A stretch of DNA of 64,000 bases from Lama glama (Eukaryota), in contig CM052817.1 of the NCBI GenBank assembly GCA_028534125.1, positions 1,924,001 to 1,988,000 on the forward strand. Direction: 5' to 3'. Below, in pieces: positions 55,742 through 64,000 of this stretch; position 1 is the stretch's first letter; the number at the start of each line of letters is the position of its first letter. The position numbers and the translations under genes were made by a program. The notes beneath the pieces were generated by a model. That model ran no database searches, was not told the DNA's origin, and saw nothing but the letters and a program-made list of their open reading frames with translations.

Positions 55742-58700
55742 TTTATAGTCCCACTTTGCCCAGGTGTGAAAACCACAAACAGAAATAAACATCAAGTGGA
55801 GGTAAGAAGGGAGAGTCAGATAAGAACGGGGAGGGAAAGCTGAGGTGGCTCAGCCTTCCATGGCCCAAGGTAGTGAACTAGGGTTTGTTTCTGGGACCCA
55901 AAATACCCTGAAACATTGCAGCTTCAGCGTGGCCTTTACTTGTCCCGAAACACAGTCATGGCCAGACTGGTGCCCAGAGTCAGCCAAGGGGTCTGCCCAC
56001 CAGCTCAGGTAGGTCGGCACCCGGTCTGGCCTCCCCACCACCCCAAGGCTCAGACCTGACTGCAGGGCCCGGGGGGAGCAAGGTGGGACTTCTGGCCCGT
56101 GTCTGAGTCTCTGGTCGATGTGGTACTTCTGCGTGGTGAGGATTTCTGGAGCTCACGGCCTCCGGTTGTCCAGCCCTAGTGGCAGCTGGACCCCGAGCTT
56201 TGACGTCCCTGCCGCTGCCGTGACTGCAGGGCTCCACTTCTCCCAGCTCACCACTGCCCCTCCAGCCTGTGCCCCGCCCTGACCCCCACGTGCCCAGGCC
56301 CTGTGGGCACTGATGCCCGGGGTGTGCCTGCTGCACCGACTCGGAGGCTAGGGGCTGACGAGCGCCCAGCAGACGCTCCCAACTGTGGGGTCCACGGGGC
56401 TGCTGGGTAGCTGGTGGGTTGGTGGCGGTTGGGGGAGTTAGTTGGGGTCTCAGGGAGGAGGTGGGGACCAGCTGAGCCAAGGAGTGGCAGAGGGAGGGGG
56501 AGTGGGTACGTTCAGGGAAGGGCAGTTTTTTAAGTGAAGTCAGGACTACGGGTGCCCCCCAGTGTGCCCCCATCCCGGTGTGTACCCCCGACCTCCATGT
56601 GTGGTGGTGGTGGCCCGTTGATCTGCTTTGTCCCCCGGGGAGGCTGGCCCTCGGAGGGCAGGGCCATCACTGGTCACCTGTTTGTAGTATGATGCTGCCG
56701 TAGAGGCCACTGGGCAGCTGCTGAATGAAAGAATGAGTGAGTGAGTGAGTGGAAAGGTCACGAGGCAGTGAGATGGACCTGCTCAAGGTGGGGATTGAGG
56801 TTTGGTCTGGAACTCTGGCAGAGGTCTGAGAGGGTAGGCTGGATCCTGCGTCCTGGGTTTGAGCAGGGTCGTGTGTGTGGGCGCGCGTGCGCACATGTTC
56901 ACACTTCGGGGTAGGGTGCAGCCAGCAGGTGGAGCAGAAGGGGCGGTGCCCCCCAGCTCCAACCCCAGTCTCCCACCCCCTATCTTCGCTGGGATCACCA
57001 CCACCATCTCCCACCTGGATGTCTGGCTGCCTTCCGAGCTGCTTCTTTCCTTAACTGAGACCTTTCTTAAGTTCCTTCTTGTGTACAGAGTGTCCTTATT
57101 GTGATGTGAATAAAAGCAGTTACTTCAAAATGCACCTAGCCAAGAACCTGTGTCCCGCCCGGCGCGCTGGCGGGTGGCGCGGCGTGGCAGAGAGGGTCCC
57201 TGGCTCAGCCAGCGACCGGCCCCATGTGTGCTTTGTGGACGGCTTTTGTGGGCAGGGGTGCCTGGGGGCCACACAGGTGTCTCGTGTGCCTCCTGCGCCC
57301 CTGCGTGCCTGTGGGAACCGAACCCGCGCGGTGGTACTGGCTTCGCTCGCCTGGGGCCCCGCGCGCGCTCCCGCACCGTTGCTTCTCTTCACGGGCTGTC
57401 ACGCGGCTTCCTTGTGGCATGAACTTCACAGCGCGGAGGAGTGGAACCACTCAGGAAGGTGCAATACGCGAATGTTCTTGAACCAGTAAAATGGACCTTT
57501 GTAATTTAAAGGAGTATCTTTTCTGCAAAACCTAGACTACCTTTACCCTGTGAAAAAAGGACCGTGCTGGCTGAGAGCGCAGCCGGCAGAGGGCTGGGGC
57601 GGGCGGGGCCGCAGGGCGGCGATGCAATATTCACGCAGCGGGTGTCCTGTTCCCAGCGCCTGGGCGCTCGCGGGGCCCGGGCTCTCCCTTCCTCGGGGAC
57701 AGCCCTGTCCCTCCGCTGCACTTGTCCTCGTCGGGCCTGGCCTCTGCCCGTCCCAGAGAGAGCTCAGTGCTGTGCAGAACGCCCGAGGCGGGCCCTCGTG
57801 CAGGAAGCCGGAGCTGGCGGGGTCTAAAGCTAGTGTTTAACCTCTCTTTATGTGGTAAGTGTGACATTAGCAGAGCTGTATTTCTTCAACTTTATATTAT
57901 TTTTGGAATTCCATCTCTTTTTAACATTATTAGACTGTGAACAATAATTGTGTGTACCTTTTCCTGATGTGTTTAAGCATTTTTAACACTGCCAGTCTTT
58001 CCTTTCTTCTCTCTTACTTTTTTCTCTGTTTTCCTCGTTATTCATAGCTGCCGTCTTTCCCAAGTCCAGGGCTGCCGTACTGCTCAGTGAATTCTTGTCT
58101 CCACCCCTGCCGCTGGTGGCTGCCTGGCAGTGACCTGCCTCTTCGTGAGGCCGACTTGGGAGCAGAAAGGGGCGCACCCCCGGAGACCAGGACCGAGGCG
58201 CCTGATGGTGTCCCTGCAGCCTGGCCCTTTGGTTTCCTTGGGCTTAAAGTGCTCAAACCTTAAAAATTGACACTTACAAAAAAACCCATGTGAAAAACTG
58301 CGTAATAACAAAATGCCGAACTGGAACATTTTACATGCTGTATTCTTCTGTTTGGCCTGTTATAAATGATTCATGGATACTAATGTGCACATGAATATTA
58401 ATGTGTGCTAGTGTGTACATCACCATGTATACTAAGAATTTAGTGGCTGCTGACCTGCTTCCTAAACTTAGATGAATGTTCAAATTTGGGAGGTGAAGCC
58501 ACTGAGGAATTGAGACAGACTCTTTGAGAACCAGGTAGATAATTTTTGCTAGCCCAAATACTTCCAGGGAGCTCGGTTTCTATTCAGGCATTTGCTCACA
58601 TGCTAATAGTAAAAAGAGAGGCAGCCGAGGGTGTGGGTGAGCGCCCAAACTGAAACTAGTCAGCCTTGGGCTTGAAGCCTAAATCTGTCTTCAGTCATGA

Positions 58701-59072
58701 TTGTAGGCAAGATGTCTGAGCCTTGGTTTCCTCATTTGTAAATGGGATTATTATATTTAGCTTGGAGATCTTGACTGACCAGGGAGTCACCCAGTGGTCC
58801 TGTGTCCCTATAAACACGTGGCACCACCAGGCATTGTCAGGGGTCATCACTTTTATCAGCTGGTTTTTCCCTTTCCTGGTCAGTTTACCTCTGGCTTATG
58901 CAGCGTGGTTTCCTTAGTCACTTCACCCCAGGTTAGCTTTGAGGGAAGACTTTCAAAAATACTTAATCACGCATTGCTGCTTAGAAATCAGTATGTGACT
59001 GTTCTGTGTGTATTTCTAGCAGGAGTGGTAGCAAACCAAGGATAACATTCATATTTTGCATCATATGGTGCA

Positions 59073-59605
59073 CTAGTTATTGCTGCTGTGTAATAGAACA
59101 CCTCTGCAGACAGCAGGTGTTTTCTGTCGTGGTTCCTGTGGTCAGGAGTGTGTGGGTGTGGCTTAGCTGGGTTCTCTGTTCCCAGTCTCACACAGGGTTG
59201 TGATCAGGGGGTCGGCCTGGCTACAGTGGGTGAGGATCCACTCCCAAGCTCCCTCGGGGTAGCTGGTGGCCTCAGAAGACTTACTTCCAAGGTCAGTAAT
59301 GTGACTGTTGGCAGGCCGCACAGCCTAGCTGGCTGTCGGCCTACAGCATTGTTCTTTGTCACGTGGGTGGCCTCTCTGGGCAGCTCACAGCCTGGCTGCT
59401 GGCTTCCCTGAGAACGAGTGGGGGAGATGGTGAGCAGGACCAGCCCGCAGTCTTTGGGAAGCCTGTCTTGGGAGTGACACCGCGTCACTTTTGCCGTATT
59501 CTGTTTGAAGTGAGGCACTAGGTCCAGCCTGCGCGCAAGCAGGGCGCTGCCGAGGCTGGGGTGGCTAGGAGGTGGGATCGTTGGGTTCATCTCAGAGGCT
59601 GCTTG
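59073..59605 (-). mobile_element. Older MaLR LTR (MLT1F/G-like)
   Basis: ttattgctgctgtgtaa, ggcttagctgggttctctg, gaggatccactcccaagctc, gtcacttttgccgtattctgtt. Confidence 0.7.
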
Positions 59606-62439
59606 TCAGTGTCCAGCCCCCGGCCCCACTGCTCCATGTCCCTCCCTGATACAAACACACTCCCCAGCAAGAGCCTTCCAGGACGGCATCAGCTCAGAGT
59701 CCAGAACTCCACCATCTGAATCAGCTCCTGGTGCAGGTGAGAGTCCCCGGTTGTGGCTCCTCGAGTACAGCTCCAGGAGTGCGCTTCCTCTCCGTCTGCG
59801 GACCTGAGCTGGAGACCAGCCTCTCCACCCACAACGAAAGTTCAGTATTGGGACAGACACAGGATAACCACGGTAGACACTCCTCAAAACGAGGGAAGCT
59901 AGGAGGCCTCAGGAGGCACAGATGCATAGCAGCCCTTTGATCCAGCCTGGCAAGTGTCGGGAATTCCTTGACTGGGTCTGGAGATTTGGGCTAGTGGCTC
60001 TCACTCTGCCTTCTGTACTGATCCCTCTCTCCTTTCACTTTCCATGAAGATGGCACATGTTTGCAGCTGAATTGTTTTCTCAGCCTGCTTCCTGCCAGAG
60101 AATTTTGGGGATCCAGTGCCCAATTTTCATTTTGTATTGCCTTTGACCCTTTCAAGTTCAAGCTGGCAGTGTTTCCACTGATACAGTTTTCTTGAAAACT
60201 TTGTGGGTTTCCTGTGAATCTCGTTGGTCTTCATCCCATCAGACAAGAGCCATCCCTCAAATTGCTTTGAGATAAGCCTTTCTCTACCCTGGGCTCCTGA
60301 AGGGTGAGGGACAGCACCTGTGAATGCCTCACAGGTCCAGTCATTCAATAAGGTTTGTGAGGCCCCTTAGTCTCTTTTAGGGTCTCTGTCCATCCCTTAT
60401 AGCGTCACTCATCCTTAGCGCCTTCACTGGCATCATGTGCCCTAGGACTTTGCCCTGCACAGGAGTGGACGGTAAGGTGAGGAGTTGGCTTTGGGAACAT
60501 TAGGGTCCATGTGGGTGGTCAGTTGCTCAGGGGAGTCAGGTGGCAGGAGGTGAGACAAGGAAGACAAGGTCAGGGGAGGTGTGGAGAGGAGATGGATGCC
60601 GGCGAGCTGCCTCGGGGGAGCAGCTCAGCCGCGGGAGGAATGCGCGAGGGGTGGAGAGAGGGTCACCGGAAGGTCAGACTCACGGCACATCAGGGTCTCC
60701 CCTCAGCTCTGCCATCCAGATCCAGTTAGTGTGACTGGATTTTAGTTTCGGGGCTCTCTGTACTGCACTGTCTGTAAACACATGATGCCATACACTCATC
60801 AACAACTTCCTGGCCTTGCAGTCTAAAGACTCCTGGTGCTCGTTTCCTTCCTTGAACAGAAATGTGTCCATCCGCTCTGGCATTTGAACCCCAAGACCAG
60901 TCCTCAGGGTACATGTCACACACTTGGGACAGGCAGGTGACCTGAGCGGGGTGCGGCATGTGGTTCTGGCCGCCTGACTCTGGCCACCATGGCGCCCTGC
61001 TTCCCTGCGGGCTGGGATGTTTGCAGGGACTTTGGTGGGCGGGAACACTGCGTGTCGTACCTGGTTATCCGGCTGGTTGGGCTGACAGCTGTCCTTGGAG
61101 GAGTCGGGCTGGGTTAGGGAGTGATGGGCTGATGGAGTTTGGGGCTAGGGAAGGAGGGTGGGGTTCTGGCTTCACTTTAGGGACCTCAGAAACGTGCCAA
61201 AGTGGATTTTCACCAATTTTCTAATGTTTGGTTCCCTTCGCTCCTGCCCTGTCCTTTCTGAGCTGGTGCTGCTCCAGATGGTTGATGTTGGATGTGGGGG
61301 TGGGGCGGGCGCCGGTACTCGTGATGGTGGCCATGCACCACCAGGTGCCCCCCTGCCACCGTGGCCCTGCTTTTGGACCTGCTTTCCTGCCACCAGGGCA
61401 GGGAGTCTTGCTCAGGCTTCACACCCTTGTCCATCCCCATTCCAGCTCGACAGGGTCTCCTGAGACCCCAGAACAGAACAGACAGACACCACGGGGCGCC
61501 AGTCTCCGCCTACTTGTCCCCTTTGAGCTGGCAATGGGGCAGGATTGATGTGGGTCTAGGGAGAGAAGGCCGCCTTCAGTTTTGCACAACTAGGAATTAG
61601 GTGTTTGTGAAAGTGAGGGCCTCTGGACAAAACTCCGCGCCCTCTTCAGTTCACTTTTTTTTTGTTGCTGTTGTTACAAAAGTCCTATCTGTTCTTCTTA
61701 GAAAATTTAGGTACTGCGGACTAACATAGTTAAATCTAACACGAGGAGATAGCGGAGACCACGTCCGGGACGTGTGTTGGCCCCGCAGGGGCCTGGGGAA
61801 CACGTCCTCCCGCTGCACCTGCCCGCCACCTGCCCTCTGCACCGGTGATGGGCCCGGCGGAGAGCGGGTGGTCCCCACGGGATGTTCCAAAGCGGAGGGT
61901 GCGGACGAGGCGGGTGTAGGGCCCAGGCGGGTGTAGGGCCAGCACGTTCCTGCTCTCTGGGAACCACGTGGGGCTTCTGTGGTCCACCAGGCCCTGTGGC
62001 TTCTCAGACGACAGAAGAGGTGGGCAAGCCTGGCCTCTGTCTGCCTCCAGGAAAGGGGTTCTGGGGTCTCTGTTGTACAGGGATAAGGTTGTCACCTGGC
62101 CAAGGTCACTTGAGTGGCAGGGCTGGGCCCCTCTGGAAGGCCCCGCCTGGTATTGTCTGCTGTGCTGTGTCTCAGCTGTTGTGTGTAACCAGGAGGTGGG
62201 CTCCCCCGGGACAGGCCCCCCCCTGGGAGGTCGGCTCCCCCCGGATGGGCCCCCCAGGATGGGTCCCCCAGGACAGGCTGCGTTGTCTCTTCCTGAAACA
62301 GCTCCTGCCCATAGAGGCCCAGCTTAGGTGTTAGTGGGCGGACATGGACAGACTGCAGCTCGCCCCCTTGTGCCGGCGGAGCCTCTGGGGCTTGGGGAGC
62401 GTGTGCAATTCTGCACACGGAAGGCGCCTTCTGACAGCA

Positions 62440-62770
62440 GTCCTCTGAGAAGAGGGCTGGGCCCCGCCGCCCGAGGCCGCCTCGTGGGTGCGAAAGGGCA
62501 CCACGCGGGAGGAGGCTGCCCAGCGGGGCCGGCGGAGGGGCCCCGGTTCCTCCTGGTGGGCAGCGCAGGGGCAGGGCAGACACAGGCCGGCCCGGGCCCC
62601 CGCGCCGCGTGGTTGGCGGTCACGCGGAAGCGGCAGGCTGCCCTGCTGCTTGTCCTGCCGCCCGCCCCGTAGAGCCCCACGGGTCTGGGGGCGCCCGGGC
62701 CGCCGGCTGCACGCGGAGAGCCCGGCCGGGTCCCCACTGCCCGCTGCCTGCTGCAGCGGGCCTGCGCCTT
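62440..62770. promoter_or_regulatory. Small second CpG island (possible alternative RGS12 promoter or enhancer)
   Basis: Dense CpG cluster with GC boxes and a CGGAAG (ETS-like) motif. Confidence 0.5.
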
Positions 62771-62946
62771 TCCCTCTGAAAATGGGGTGGGCCTTTGTCA
62801 CTTACCCTGCTTAGGTCTTGATGGGCCCTTTGAGTTGAAAGTTTTTTGTCTTTCTAGAGCTCTGGGAATTTGTCCCTAAATTTTTGGACCAAGTAGGCAA
62901 CCAGGTGTTATTGAGCAAACATTGGCCACCACTAATGAATTCAGTC

Positions 62947-63272
62947 AATCCATCCACCCACCTGCCCCCATCACAACTCCTCCATCCCCCCATTGATCCC
63001 CCATCCTTCCATCCATCCCTCCCTCTGTCCATTTATTCATCCACCCCCCATCCTATACCCACCTGCCCACCCATCCATCCATCCATCGTCTCACCTTCCT
63101 TCCAGCCATCCATCTCCTATCCATCCTTCCCTTCTTCCCCCATCCCTCCATCCCTCATCCCTCTACCCCCCACCCCCCCATTCCCCACCCCATCCCTCCA
63201 TCCCCCATCCATCTCTCCCCCATCCATCCATCTCTCCCTCCCCGATCTCCCATCCCTCCACCCATCCACCCA
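62947..63272. repeat. Degenerate (CCAT)n / C-rich simple repeat
   Basis: Repeated ccatcc/ccaccc units, nearly G-free on the + strand. Confidence 0.9.
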
Positions 63273-64000
63273 TTGCTGGAACTGTGTCCCCTGGCACTGT
63301 GGTAACCACTGGCTCCCACAGAAGTAGCCTTGTTGCAAACCATTCCCTGAGATTTGTCATAGCTGGTGGCTTGGGACTTGTGATGAAACCTCTGTGCTTT
63401 TCTCTGTGGGGCCTGAGTGCAGTGGCCCCTGCTCCCTGGGTTGTGGGGGTGGGGCCGGGGAGTCTCCCCTTTGTTTTAGCTGCTGCAGGATCCCTCTGCT
63501 CCTTCTTCCAGTTTCTTTCTCTCCTTTCCCAGATTTTTTTTTGAAGTCAAGTGAGGCCAAATATCCCTTCAAATGCTAAAATCTGGCTTCAATTTCAACC
63601 ACCTCCAAGGTTCTCCAAAGAGAATTTTGTTTTCCACATAATCTATAATCTAAGTCATCCAACCCCAAATACATCCTCCACATCTGGGGAAGCCCTTCCC
63701 CGCTGCCCTTTGCCGTGACTGATGAACAGAGAGACTTTTCACTGTGCTTTCCTCCCCTCCACAGCCCCTGGGCTCATCCTCTTGGCCTTTCAGCTTTTCT
63801 GTGGTACTGCATCTCCTGGTGCTTCTGCTCTGCCGTGAAAGCTGCCCTGGACTGTCATCCAGCCTGGGTTGTCTGTGGGGTTTTGCAGACTCTGTTTGCA
63901 TGATTATTCCTTGTTTGTGATAACCTTTTCTGAGGCTGCAGCTTCTTGTTTTGTTTTGTTTTTCAGGGCAAATGTTTCTTTTATTTATTTATTTATTTAT

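Noticed and set aside
61908..61940. 17-bp tandem duplication aggcgggtgtagggccc
   Set aside because: Only two copies; ordinary slippage with no sign of function.

Overview
Mammalian genomic DNA, probably a cetartiodactyl and most likely a camelid (inferred from the style of the young L1 3' tails and the lack of recognisable Alu/Bov-A/PRE-1 SINEs). It corresponds to the HTT-MSANTD1-RGS12 syntenic block, all on the + strand. Bases 1-11.6 kb hold the last eight coding exons of huntingtin (exons 60-67 by human numbering), including a U12-type final intron and proximal and distal poly(A) signals. Bases 16.6-22.9 kb hold the complete three-exon MSANTD1 CDS (256 aa) and its promoter element. Bases 25-46 kb are mostly decayed transposons: Charlie1a, Zaphod-like hAT, nested L1s, ERV1 and MaLR LTRs. 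A CpG island at about 46.6-47.7 kb is the probable RGS12 promoter and non-coding first exon, followed by a 29/58-bp minisatellite and intronic sequence; no RGS12 coding exon lies in the window. There are two assembly gaps. I found no convincing new biological system. The best leads are splicing and 3'-end features around the HTT U12 intron, a possible HTT-to-MSANTD1 transcriptional link, and lineage-specific changes in HTT and MSANTD1. Repeat family names and human comparisons are from memory, not from database searches.
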